Shown piece after piece: positions 27,898 through 39,955 of a DNA stretch of 64,000 bases. Under the pieces are notes generated by a model. The model was not told the DNA's origin. It did not search any database and saw only the letters and a list, made by a program, of their open reading frames with translations. Origin of the DNA: Amoebophrya sp. A120 (taxonomy: Eukaryota > Protista > Dinoflagellata); NCBI GenBank assembly GCA_905178155.1, contig CAJINV010000007.1, forward strand, positions 2,089,151-2,153,150, in the 5' to 3' direction. Within the stretch, counting starts at the first letter, position 1. The number at the start of each line of letters is the position of its first letter. Both the position numbers and the translations under genes were made by a program.

Positions 27898-28721
27898 TTT
27901 CTTGCTTTATTTCGCGTAAGTAGTATGAGGTTGAGGACCACTTCTTTGCCTTTCAATTTGCGAGAGCAGTGGTAACTGCAGATGAGATCATCAGGCTCAA
28001 TTATTGCACATGTGCTGGAGGTACAACAGGTAAAAAGCGCGAGGTGGGGGAAGAAGGGTCGTGCGCACCAAATTCACAGCACAAGTCGTTCTAGTCTTCA
28101 CAAAGAAATGTCGCTGGCTGAAGTGAGCATGAACCTGAGTCAACGCTGGAGTAAAAAGAATTTCGGAAAAAAAAATATCTCGACGAGATTTTTGGGCAGA
28201 GTACTAAGCTCTTTCTGAAAGTAAACATCTTCGAGAATGAGGACCGTGACCAAGTTGCAACGACCATCATCCATGTTGAACCAGGACAAGGGCAGAGAAA
28301 GAACAATTAAGTACGAGGTCATGCGCCAGGTGGAATGCCTGGACAGCATGGCGATCCTACGTGCCTATCCTGGTTTTGATCGTTGATCTCAAGTCAAAAA
28401 ATAGAGGATCACACAGGATGTTGATGTCCACCAAAGGGAACAACATGATCTCGGAAAGCGCGAACATCATCGTGGTGCCAACACATATTTTTCCTTCGAT
28501 GTTGGTGCGAGTTTGGAGCAACTGATCATGATGATCGTGGTTAAAAACAATTGTGCATCGTACTATATGAACAGCGAACTACGCGGTCAGCAAGAGCAAA
28601 CCATGAACCAATACCAATCCCATACCCTACGCAAGTAGAGTCGTTTTGGTTTTTCTTTTTCTTCGTAGTAGCGTTTTTTTATTTCGATCCTTGACCATGA
28701 CCTCCGTGAATTTGCACCCTA

Positions 28722-31700
28722 TTATAGCTCCTTCCTCTGCTTTTTCGCTTTTCCGTTTTTCCCGGAGGCGGCACCCGACGACCCAGTGCCTCCCGGCTGA
28801 AGAAAGGCAAGCACTTTCGCCAGACTGTCATCCACGCTTGCAGTTGCAACTCCAGTAGATGCGGCGGTACTGTTGTCCTTCGTCTGCTCGACGTCGCTTT
28901 TATTTCTCTCTCCCGCCGACGGTCCTGAATTTTTGCTGTTCCCGGCACTCCTGCGCTTGTTTGATGAATTCTTGTTTTCAGTTTCACCCGAGGCCGGCGT
29001 CGCAGTACCTGCTGTTGCAGAAGATCTATCTGTTTTTGACACAGAAATCTCGTGCGCAGCAACCACCGCAGCAGGCACGGCTTGCTCTGTCGCAGCATGT
29101 TCTGCACCGGCAAGAAGATCCTTCTGGGTCTTTATCTTTCCGCTTTTTTTCATCGTCTTTTTCTTTTCCCCAACGCTGGTTTTCGCAACAGGAGTTTTGC
29201 TGTCAGCATGATTGCCCTTCTTGTCCACCTTGGCCATGATCTTCTTCTTCAATTTCTCCCCAGCACCCGACGCCCCCCGTCCTCCTCGCGCTGATGAACC
29301 CGCCACCACGATGTCCCGGTCCAAAATGTCCGCGAAGACCTGTTTTTTCTTGTCCTGCATTTCGTGTTTGGTCTTCCACTCCACGTGTCGGGTTTTCCAT
29401 GCGTGCAGTTCGCAGCCCTTCCACACGGCGATGTTCTGCTCGCGGAGCTCTTTTTCAAACTTCACGAGGATCGTCGCAATTTGTTCCTTCTGCTTCGCCG
29501 AAGGCGCGTTCTTCCATGCGGCGGTGGCTACCCAGCCGGTCCGCCGCTGCAAAGCGAGGTGGACGAGAGGAATTATTTTTGTGGGAAAAGACTGAGGCTG
29601 AGAATGACTGCTGGCAGCGCCCCTGGATGCTCTTGTGCTTGTTGTGCCATTTCCTTCCTCCAGCAAGCCGCCAATCAGCTTCGTTTTCATGCTGCCATTG
29701 AGCAGGGGGGTTTTCAAAATTTCCTCCACCATGCGTGGCGCCTTCATCGCGAGGGGGAAGACAGCTGCTGCTAGCAGCTTGATCTCCTTCTCGGCGGTTA
29801 AAAACGGCACGCACTTATCCGGAAAGCTGAGCAACGCGTATCCTGTGCAAAAGTATCGCACTCGTATAAATCCGCTACTGGCATGCAAATAACTTATCAC
29901 CAACCTCTCACCAACTTATCGCCAATTTCCGACAGACCTTTTCACCAACTTCTCAAGAACCGTTGAGAAGTTGGTGTAGACCTCCGCATGCCGCGGTTGT
30001 TGCTTGGGAAGCTTGGCGCGGAGTTGAAATCCACACCAAGCCCCTACCAAGCCGTCTGAAGACGAATACCCCGGGCCCCGATTTGTGGCCGCGTGCGCAG
30101 TCACGAATCAGCCCCCGTGATCCTACTTCGGCCGCGGCCTCGCGCGCGGAAGTGCTAATCTTGTGGCAGATAGCTTGAAAACCTCTTGCAGCAGGAAACC
30201 TTATTCGAGCTCCTGCACATGAAAAGCACAACCTCTCCACGCACTCGTCAACAGTTTGAGTCTCTCGACGCATTTCGCGGCGAGCTTTAAACTTTTGGAG
30301 GCATCACGCAAAACTTGCGTGACGCCTCCAAAAGCTTGAAGCTCGGCGCGAAGTGCGTCGAGAAGCTGCTGAGAAGTGCGTAGAGAGGTTGTTGAGAAGT
30401 ACCAAAGGAGTTATAGCATTAATTGATGTAGGGAGCACGCACAATTGCATTTTTTGCAAAAACAAACAAGACGACGACGATGCTGGCAGTGTGCCCTTTA
30501 GCGGACTGCTGCGCGCTACTCCCTCCTCCAGCCCGAGAGCAGCTGAACGCCGATCCTCTATGGCGAACAGTTGATCTATACCATAAGGGCGCGGCTGTTA
30601 TAAGGCTAGGCTTTTTCGGACTTGGGTGTGGGCCACACTCTCACACACGTCGTTCAGGGGGGACCAAAAACGCACACACCGCAGCACTGAGCATAAGTGT
30701 AGGGCGGGTCTGGTCAGCGACCGAGCCGAGGCAATGAGCCTTGTTTTTTAGGTCCGGCGCGGGGAGCACTTAAGCTCCACAGCGGCTCGGTCGCTAAAGC
30801 TCGAGCACCGGACCCGCTGCGTATGCCATGACGCAGCACATACATGAACGACGTCCCACAGTCAGTGATTACTTCTGGACGAGCTTGGCCAGAAGAAGCA
30901 CGCACCGACCTCCCAAGCCGGCACATGGATCCTTTCCCTGCTAAGTTTTTGGTTGTAAAGTGAGACCAGGGAACGCCCCCCGGAGACAGCGCGACTCACT
31001 TGCCTACTAGCGTACTAGCGCATAGAGCTAACGAGCGGCCCTCAAATCGCTGCCATTCGCCTTTTCGGCTAAAGCAAAAGGGAGGACGAGTGCTCCATAC
31101 AAAAACGCATGTACTGTAGTTCGCTTCTTGCCACGCACAACTCCACGCCGTGGAGCTGTGCATCATGCAAACTGTGGCCATTCGCTCACACAAGGATACC
31201 CGTAAGCACGCGGCAGGACCTGGCGACGGCGCAGACAAGGAGACATCCTGGCGACAAGGTCCCACCTTGCGCCAGGGAGAAAGATGACACGAGCAGGAGG
31301 GACGGGCGCGCCATGTGCGTTGACACGCGTTTTTTGTTTTCGCTCCTGGGCTTTGCCCTTTGAGTTTTTCGCTCGTTCTTGCCGAACAGAACAACTGCGC
31401 CTGGCTGCTTGTAGGTCCCTTTCTGGTGCCTTATGTTTTTCTTTTGCTCTTTGGCTTTCCTTGGTGAAACAGTATCGCTTCCCTGTTTCATGAAGAGGAA
31501 GAAGTAGTGTCTGTTTTGCAGTAGAAGTAGTGTCTTTTTCGAAGATGTAGCTTTTTGGAAGAGGTTTAATTTTTGAAGTAGAAGAAGTTGCTTGCTCAGA
31601 AAAGCGACTTCCATGGTCCTCGTCTGAACTTGGACCCCGGCGAGTCGCGGAAAAACGACCCTATCTTGGGGCTCTCTTCCCGGCTCTCCTGCGTTTCCTG

Positions 31701-34700
31701 TGCCGCCTGCTTCTCGGGTGCTGGGTCGTTTCCTGGCGTCGCTGGTTCCGGACTTCGAAGCTCACCCCAGTCCCCCGAGTTGCTCCGCGCCCGTTTGCGG
31801 TTTTTCCCTGTCCCTTTCGTGCCTGGGGGCCCCGAGCTCGAGGATGATGAGCTGGACGCGCTGGGTGGTTCGTCCACCTCCAGCATCTTGCTAAGGGATT
31901 TTGCAAGCGCGTCCTCGTCAAGGTGGTCCCAGCCTTGCGGGTGGAATTTGTTTTTTATCTGTTCGGCGTTCTCTTCCCACCATGGCTGGTCTTCCCCTTT
32001 GGCCTGTTTTTCCTGCGCCCGTGCTAGTATGCCGCTGCTTGCCTGTGCGCCGTGCGCGGCCGCCTCGCTCAGGTTTTGCGCTTGCTCCTGGTTGCCTAGC
32101 AGTGCTGCTGTGAGGAATTCCGTGCGCTCGCGCCTGCTCATTTCCGGCCAACGCTGTACCGGTTCGAACTTGAAGGCATCTTCACCATAGTCAAAAACAG
32201 GCCAGTCGGCGTAGCAGTCGTGGTCAGCTACATTCACTACCGTCAGACCGGTAGAGATCACGGGGGGCGCTGTGGCAGTCACCCATGATCTGTCTTCGTC
32301 CGCGTCGTACTTACGCTGCTTTATTACCACGCGTCCGAGCTTTTGCACCGCTTCGATTCTTTCTACCAGCGCGAGCACAATCCCTAGGCCCCTGCGCAGT
32401 GGGCCCCGTGTTTTGATCCAGAGCCTGCGGCAGTCTTCTAGCCGGAAGCAGACCTTGGTCGTTTGAGGCCAGGACGCTATGGAATCCATAAGCACTATCG
32501 CGCTGTTGCAGTAGGCTGCGAAGCGCTGCTCTTCCTCTCTTTCCTCGGTCTCGAGGTGCGCGCCGTTGGTCTTTGCCGCCAGCACCGGGATACCTTTGCC
32601 CATTTTCTCCATTTCGCAGGCTACTGTCGTGCCTACGTCTGTGTGGACGACTATGGACACCGTCTTCGTGGTGTGTGCCTTCGCTTGTGGGTCGACGAGT
32701 TCGGAACGGTCCGGAACTATTCCGCACGCCCGCAGGTCGGAAGAGCGTGGCAGGCGTGTGCTTGCTCCGTCGACAAGTGCTGTGACCAGTGCTAGGTCCG
32801 CCCGTCGTCGATTTTCGATTGCAGCTGTGTCAGCTTCGTTGACTCCCGCCAGACCTTCGCCCAAGATGCGCACCGGGAAAGTCGCCCATCTAACCAGTCC
32901 ATCCATGTCCGTAAGGATGTTCTTTTGGGAGAGTCCTCTCAAAATTTTTGTTCCTAGGAGGAAGGGGTCGACTAGTGCGAGGGCGTTCGCTGAAAAAATG
33001 ACTCGGTAGAACGTCTCCGGCGTTGTTCCCGCGACTTCGTTAAGCTTTTTCCAACACTCACTTCGGAAGCCCAGTGCTTGCGCTATGGATGTTGACATTT
33101 CTGTCAAGAGTTCCGCCCAGTCGCCCGGGGTCAGAACTAGACGCAGCGCCGGCAAGATGTACACTAGCGGGGCTATGTAGAACGTCATCACTGTCCATCT
33201 TAGTTTCTCGCCCGAGATCTTCTCCCGCATTGAGTTGACACCACGCGCGCGGTCAGGTGTTGCGCGAAGCCTATCGACGACGCCAGCTGCTTTCGTAGGG
33301 TCAAGCGTTGCTCCTCCACGCTCGTCAGCTTTATCAGCACGCCAAGGATTTTCGTCATTTTCTTGCGCTGAAAGCGGACGCCGAATGGCGTAAAAGCGTT
33401 TACCAAAGCGCGGGCCTCCTGCTCCGGCGCTGATGTGAGCATCTCGCACTTACTCGGAGCCAAGAACTGGCTTTCAGCTCTGTAGATCTGTTCGTAGCTT
33501 TTACTGATCTCCCGCAGCAAGGACAGCACCAGGTCTGTATCACTCTTGTGAAAGCGTAGGACTAGTGTGCCATCATTCATCAACAAACTGCACGGCCAAG
33601 ACCTGGCGCTTTTGCTGCGATGCTTCCGATTCTTCTAGCTTTCCTTCGTACACGACTAGTCGCACTTTTCTTGCGCCGCGCTTTTCTCGTTCCTTTTTTC
33701 GGCGATACCCGGTCGACAAGCCGCCCTGCAGCCGAGGATCCAGGAAAATCTCGTCAACTTCTTCTGCTACTTTGTACGGTGGGAAGGACGTGTCCAGTTC
33801 AGCTGTCTTGTAGTTCTGGCGGATTTTCCACCTTAGGCGATCCTTGGCGCCTTGGATTTTTTCCTTTGCAACTCGTCCCTCTGTGTCGAAACACTCCTGA
33901 GGGAAGTCGTGGATCGCTTCCACGCCTGGCATATACAACAATACCCCCGCGAGCATCGTTTCCACCGCGCCCTGAACCATATCGCGATGGTGGAGCACTT
34001 TGCCGTGGACATCTCCGTTGCGGAGGTAGATCTCCTTTTTCCAAGTCATCATCGCAACTAGCTTGATAAAGACTGGGTGAAGTCTGGCTCGTCTGTACGC
34101 TCGAATTGCGCTGGGTAGTGCGATGCTGTTGTAGTAGTTGCTTGCATCCAGACCGATCAAAACCTTTCGCCAAATATCCTCTACCGCGGCCGCTGCGCTG
34201 TGTGTGTTCGCGGTGCTGCTGCTGCTCGCGCTGGAGCTCGCCGCCGCTGCGGGTGGGTTTGTATCTGGCTGCTGCCCGGGTTGCGATCCCTGGCCCGATT
34301 GATTCGCCACGTCTTCGTCACCCTGCATAAGGCCTTCGCCAAAACACGCTTCCAAGATCTGCCAGACCGTGACGGCGCACGAGGCCGCGGGCTTTCCTGC
34401 CGCTCCCGCCTTCGTGAAGCTGTCCCCGAGATCAGCTACGCGCGTCATAAAATAGGCCAGGTAGCCCATCAACACACGCATGACAGCTGTGCCGCGGATG
34501 ACGGTGCGAAATTTCTTGACATCTTTCGTTGGGACGCCAGACTTTCGCAAGATTTCGACCTCTGTAGCTGCTAACGCTGGCGGGAGGTCGATATCTTCCA
34601 TCCCCGGCAGCCAAGGGCTTGTCGCGATCTGCGCGAGGAAGCTCGTATACCCGTTGGCCAGGTTGTCGAGCTGTGCGTCAGTCAGCGACTGAAAAGCCTT

Positions 34701-37700
34701 CAGCCGCACCCCGTCAATGCCCGCGGCTTCCGGGCTTACCCGCTGCAGGTGCTGGCGCAGCTGCTTGCCAGTCACCGTAATCGGTGGAACCCATTTGCAG
34801 GCGGCTGTCAGCTCATCGAGCATCTTGCGAAACTCCTCGCCCGAGTATGTGTGCTCCTTGCCGTTGTTTATCCGCACGTCCTCGCCTTTCAGCAAGTGCC
34901 ACGCAGCGAGATACTTTATGCACTGCTCCAAGCCTTGGACGATGTTCGGCTCATCAGGCAGACCGACGTCTAGTTCCGTCACTTGCGAAACTGGGGCGCC
35001 TCGGCCCTTTCCACGCACTTCGTCTCGTGCTTGGCGTGCGTTGGAGTAGACGTCGCCGACTAAGTCACGCTTGCCGGCCGCTTGGAAGGACGCCTCCCAC
35101 TTTGCATACATCTCGTCACTTATCTCCGCCAGCGTGCCGGGCTGTGGCTCCCCCTCTCTCTTTCGCTTCGCGCCCTTGCCTTGGGACTTGCTCCGACCGC
35201 GTTTGTTCGTTCGCCTTTGGTTTGCCCGCTCGAACAACGCGCGCATGCTGTCGCCCATCTTCTGTGGCGGCTTTGAGATGGCTTTTGCATCTAGTAGGGT
35301 GTCTTGGGCCCAACTTTGCGCGCCTACCAGTCCGACAGACGCCACGTCCGGCATTTCAGCGGCCTGGAATATCGGCTCCAGCTGCTCTTTCGGATTTGTC
35401 TTCCTTTTCCACGAGGTGATCGCTTGGAACGGGACATCTTCTGCGAAATCGGAGCGATCCTTGATGATCTTCGCCCTGCTTTCCGCCGTTTCCGTGCGTG
35501 GAACTAAGTCGGCGCGCTTCGCGTTGAACCCAAGCCGCGCGCTGGTTTGCTGTCGCTCTTGAATCCTCGGGAGCCGCTTGCGCTCTTCTTCCTCGTCAAG
35601 CGCCTGCGGCTGGCCTGTCTGGCGCCACCAGACTTTCAGCAAGATGGCAAGATGGTCCGCCTCTTGCCATCTAGGGGGCTCACCCTTCTCAAGCATAGCA
35701 CAATCATACGCGTTGCCAGTCGGTATCTGGACACGCTGGACGTCGATGTCCTTGATGTGCGCCGCGCGGCAACCCACTGCGGCTATGTCGATGCGGCGTG
35801 GGTTTTTTCCTCGGAAGCAGGTGGGGCCCCCCGGGTCCACGGCCTTGGCGTGTTTAGACACGAACTGGCCCAAGGGTTCCAGTGCGTCTTCGTAGACCGC
35901 CGCGCCCTAATTATAAAATATTCAATTACTTAGATAATTAACGAACTAGGCGCAGAGCTTGCGCGCCGAAGAGCTGCGCAAGTCCACATCGTCGCCGGCA
36001 GCTTTCCTCCGCTCCGCTTCTGGCGCTTGCGTCTTTGATGGCTGCACGCAGACCAGACGGGTGCGCGCAGATATCGCGCTCGCGCTGTCGGCCGCCTCTT
36101 CCATACAGCTTCGCGCCTGGTGCCGTCGTGCGAAGAGATGAAATTGCGCTGCGAGTAAATGGACAGAGCAAGACTGTGAGTGCGGTCTTCTCTCCATTTA
36201 ACTGCAGCGCTGTTCTCCGCTCTTGCAGCTGAAGTGGCAACTGGGAGCAACGAGCACGACATAACTCGCAGCGACGGAGCGAGTGGCGTGACGCGTCGCT
36301 TGGTCGAGGCGAGAACGACGCCAGCACGCCGCGCCACTTCTCACCGACTTCCGCACCAACTTCACGACCAACTTCGCGACCGACTTCTCACCAACTTCTT
36401 CGACAGTTTATGCATGAAAATGGTGGTGGATTTATACGAGTACGATACTTTTGCACAGGGTAACGCGGTGAGCGCGACAATACCCGCGGCGGGAGGGTCG
36501 GAAGTGTACGTCGGTGGCTGATAAGGATCATCAACAACAGCAACGTCGACAGCTGCCCTTTCTGCAGCTTCTGGTGCTGCGGCACTGTCTGCTGATGAAG
36601 CCGCTTGTTTTTTGCAGGTGTTTTTCTTGCTCAATGCCGGCACGGCCCCGAGGTACAGGATTTGCAGCCAAACAGAAGAATTATTAGCTCCATCAGGAGG
36701 AGGGCCACCAGCTTGCTCTTTGCTGACATGCTTCTTGGTCGTTCTCTTCATTTTTGACGAAGACGACGTCGAACAAGAGGATGTAGTTTTATTTGCGTCG
36801 TTAATTATGTCGGTTGCACTTCTTGTACCTCGTGGAAGTTCTGAGCCACTTCTTGTTGTGCCTGCTATTTCTTGTCCAACATCTGTCGCTATATCGAAGC
36901 AGGCCTTGCAGAATTTTCCCGCCGCGGTTTTGAAATGCGCATTGACCCGCACGCAGCACTGCAGCAATTTTGCCGCGACCATTTGGTACTTTGCAGAATT
37001 GTTGTTCAGATTGCTGTTGTTCTTCTCTCGTCCCCGTCCCACCGCGAGCCACTCGGCAAAGTTCGTTTTCTGCAACAGCAATTCCAGTAAATGTGCGTCT
37101 TTGCTGTTCGTCTGCTTGTTGTGTCCAAGGACGTCCAGGAGCCTTTGGATCACGAGCAGAACGTAGGGGTTGGAATTTGAAAATTTTATTCCCGCACTTG
37201 TTTTTCGTTTCCCGTCGCGGACAAGCTGCTCGAAAAAGGTCGTTCTGTCTTTTTCTGATGCTCCCTCCTCCGCATGATCAGGTTCGTCTTTTTCGCCTTT
37301 GCTTTCTTTCAACAGGACCTCCTTGACAAAGGTCTGCACCACTCGCACCCCGGCTTTATGCGCCGAGAAGCACGCCTCCAGAATCCTGGATCCGACCGGG
37401 CAGTTTAGCAATTCTTCACCCTTTTCCGCGATGATGACCTGGCAGAGCTGCTGCAAGAGTTGCCGCAGCTTTTTGTGCTGCTGGTTCTTCCTCAACGCCT
37501 CGCAAAAGAAATTATCTTCGTCCACACAACTAGCCGCGTCGGCGGCGATGGAAACCGCTGTGCCGATTACCGGGCCAAGCCGGGCGTCGCTGAGAGGAGA
37601 CGAAGAATACGAAGCTTTGCTGAAGGTTGCGCTAGATGAACTACTGGTACTGTTCTTGTGTCTCAATTCTGCGACCAGCTGCTGCAGTAGTTTGAAAAAA

Positions 37701-39028
37701 AGACCAAAGTAGAACGGGGACTGCGTGAGGAGGGGAGGGAAACTTGTTGTTATCGGCGTCGCAGATAAAGCAGTTTCTCCTTCTTCGTCTTTTCGCCTTT
37801 GATTTATTCCGCTTGTCCTCAGTTCATCTGCACCAGTATCTTCGGCGTTCTGTTGATCACCCGCCGCAACGAAAGTGAGCGCAGAGTCCGTGAAGCGTTG
37901 CAACAATTTCTCCACGTCGACGCGCTTGAGGGGGAGGTAAGGATTGGAATTTGAGTTGAACCCATTGATATGATCCCCGCCCCCACTTCCACTTGATGTT
38001 GTACTTGTACTTGTGCCGTTTTTGTTGCTATAATTCTCGTAAGAACCATAACCAGTGCCCGCCTTCTTCCCCTTTTTGTTTTTCTCCACAGGAACGACGA
38101 AACCGCTGAGCATCAGCAACAGGGACCGGATCACGTGCGTCCCCGATCGGTCAGCTGCGATCTGGAGAAAAACGCTGTTCTTCTTTGTAGTTTTCGTCGC
38201 TGGTTGCAACATCTTGGGCACGTCGGTCTCTTGTCCTGGTGGTTGCTGCGATTGTAAGGCCGTTTCTTGGTCTTGTTGCAAGATCTCCTCCTGCTCCGCT
38301 TCAGCATCTTCCCCGCTTTCCAGCAACTCCGCCACCAGCGTGTCCACCGCGGCCATGATAGCCCGGTCGAACAGAAACCCTTTCTCGGCTGCAACGGCGA
38401 ACAGCGTCTCCAAAACGTGACTGCCGTACTGGTTCTGGGCCAGAATCTGGAATACGCGGCCGGCCTGGAGGAGGGAGATAGAGGGAATTGAAATAATTCC
38501 ACAGATAGGTGAAATTATTAGGTCGTTCATTGATATGCGAAGATCACCATCATGCGCGTTCACGTGATCTACGACCATCAAGTAAAAGTATTAACAAGCT
38601 TAGGGCGCATATTCTTGTTGCAGCCTGAAAGAAATTGTAGTTCAAATTCCGAGGTACAACAAAAATCATAGCAAAAATATTACCTGGCGTTCTTCGCCAT
38701 CCGCATGCTCTACTTCCCCCGCCCCCGTTGCACCAGCCGTTCCCGCCCGCGCGGCGGTCGACGTGCTACCACTAGTCCCGATGCTACTAGCACTTTTTCC
38801 GAGCAGGCAGAGGAACAGGGGGCGAAACGTGTCCAGTTCGGTGATCTGCTTCAGTAAGTACTCGATAATCCGGGAACAACGCTGCTGGGTCACGCAATCC
38901 AGCTCGTGATTTTTCAATTCCTGCACCACCGTGCGGAGGAAGGGAATCCGCGTGTCGCTGTCCATCACGCGGAGCTGCTGCTCCGCCATGCGGAGGTAGT
39001 CGAACAGCTCGCTTTTGGAGGACGTCAT
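28722..39028 (-). CDS. NOP9: Nucleolar protein 9 (Pumilio/PUF-repeat), ~1152 aa, split by a GT-AG intron (38465-38683) and a 6.6-kb introner
   Basis: PUF-repeat motifs CSRIIEYLL, YGSHVLETL, GTHVIRSLL and GSRILEAC. The C-terminal KEQIATIL...VWKGCELHAWKTRHVEW resembles Nop9. 10307-6629-219=3459 nt, in frame. Confidence 0.8.
30228..30392. repeat. Long imperfect palindrome (~80-bp stem) in the left arm of the giant introner
   Basis: CTCGACGCATTTCGCGGCGAGCTTTAAACTTTTGGAGGCATCACGCAA-aac-TTGCGTGACGCCTCCAAAAGCTTGAAGCTCGGCGCGAAGTGCGTCGAG, with an outer stem ACAACCTCT/AGAGGTTGT. Confidence 0.9.
30425..35907 (-). mobile_element. 5'-truncated non-LTR (LINE-like) retrotransposon nested in the giant introner
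   Basis: Encodes an APE C-terminus and an RT. Candidate TSD TAATT at 30420-24 and 35908-12 in an AT-rich site. No clear poly(A) tail, so the boundaries are tentative. Confidence 0.65.
31596..35906 (-). pseudogene. APE endonuclease (C-terminal part) + reverse transcriptase + possible degenerate RNase H polyprotein with two frameshifts
   Basis: APE motifs GPTC..RRID..ADHLAI. RT motifs AAGIDG, KFRTV, LDASNYYNSI, VQG, FVD(D), APSKC, KILGV and IAPLVY. Frameshifts: TCAT duplication at 33573-33580 and 2 extra nt, probably in the (CG)4 run at 33244-33251. Confidence 0.8.
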
Positions 39029-39955
39029 TTTGATTGTGTTTCAGTTGAGGATAATCTCAAATCTGGTCTTCTCGACTAATCGTAATCTGGTGCCACTGCG
39101 AAAACAAAAGTAGCAAGGTCCAAGCGTGAAATTGAGAAAGATGATTACTGGCTAATAGATACAAGCACAAGAATTCTTGAGAAGTCAACATTCCATTCGA
39201 TGCACTTTCCTCTTTTTCTGTTCCTGCAAAGTTGGTTGAGCGTAGAAATGATGGTAATAACGCACAGGAAACGGGAAATTGCAATTTGCATCTAAACTTT
39301 TTGTCGGGACAAAAGTTGTCGTGTTTTTCACAAGGATCATCAGGACGTTCGGGATCACATCATTTTTTGTGATGTCATTCGTGATGACACTTGATGCAGA
39401 TGCTGCACTCCATCATGACGCTTGATGCTGTTTTTCAGCACGACAATGACGATCCAGATCAACATCTGACAATTTTTTCCTTTTCGTCGACGAGTAGATC
39501 AAGATCTTAATCTCTTTCTTCTTCATTTGCAGTGGGATCTGATCGTGATCATCCTCCTTCTACTCAGCAGAGCCAGAACCTCCAGAAGAAATCAATGAAT
39601 AAATGGCACCAGAAGTACTCTACACCCATTCATCAAACCTGATCCTGTTGGATGACGATGATCACGATCATTCTGGCGTCAATTTAAACGAGCATCACTT
39701 CAACAACAGAAGAACTCAAGCACTTTTGGGCGCGCGGAACGAAGTGACATGCACGGTGTAAAACTACATCAGCACCAGCTGCGCCTGCAGATTAGGCGCA
39801 GGCGACACCTAATTTAGGCGTCGGCAACGCGCAAACTTAGGCAAAGGCGACGCCTAATTTTAGGTGCTGTGGGCGACACCAGATTCTAGGTAATGTGGGC
39901 GACACCAGCCTGATTTTTGACGCAGGCGACCAGCCCGCACGCGTCACGGAGCCGA

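Larger units (their letters stand above)
29839..36462. mobile_element. Giant family B introner (6624 bp) with nested retroelement
   Basis: 34-bp near-perfect TIR TATCCTGTGCAAAAGTATCGCACTCGTATAAATCC / GGATTTATACGAGTACGATACTTTTGCACAGGGTA. Perfect repeat ACGCG (29834-38 and 36463-67). Removal joins IVALTA-LLSFPDKC in frame. Confidence 0.92.

Noticed and set aside
30430-35909. TAGGG...CCCTA as TIRs of the nested retroelement
   Set aside because: Only about 7 of 8 nt match, which is compatible with chance; the TAATT duplication explains the boundaries better.
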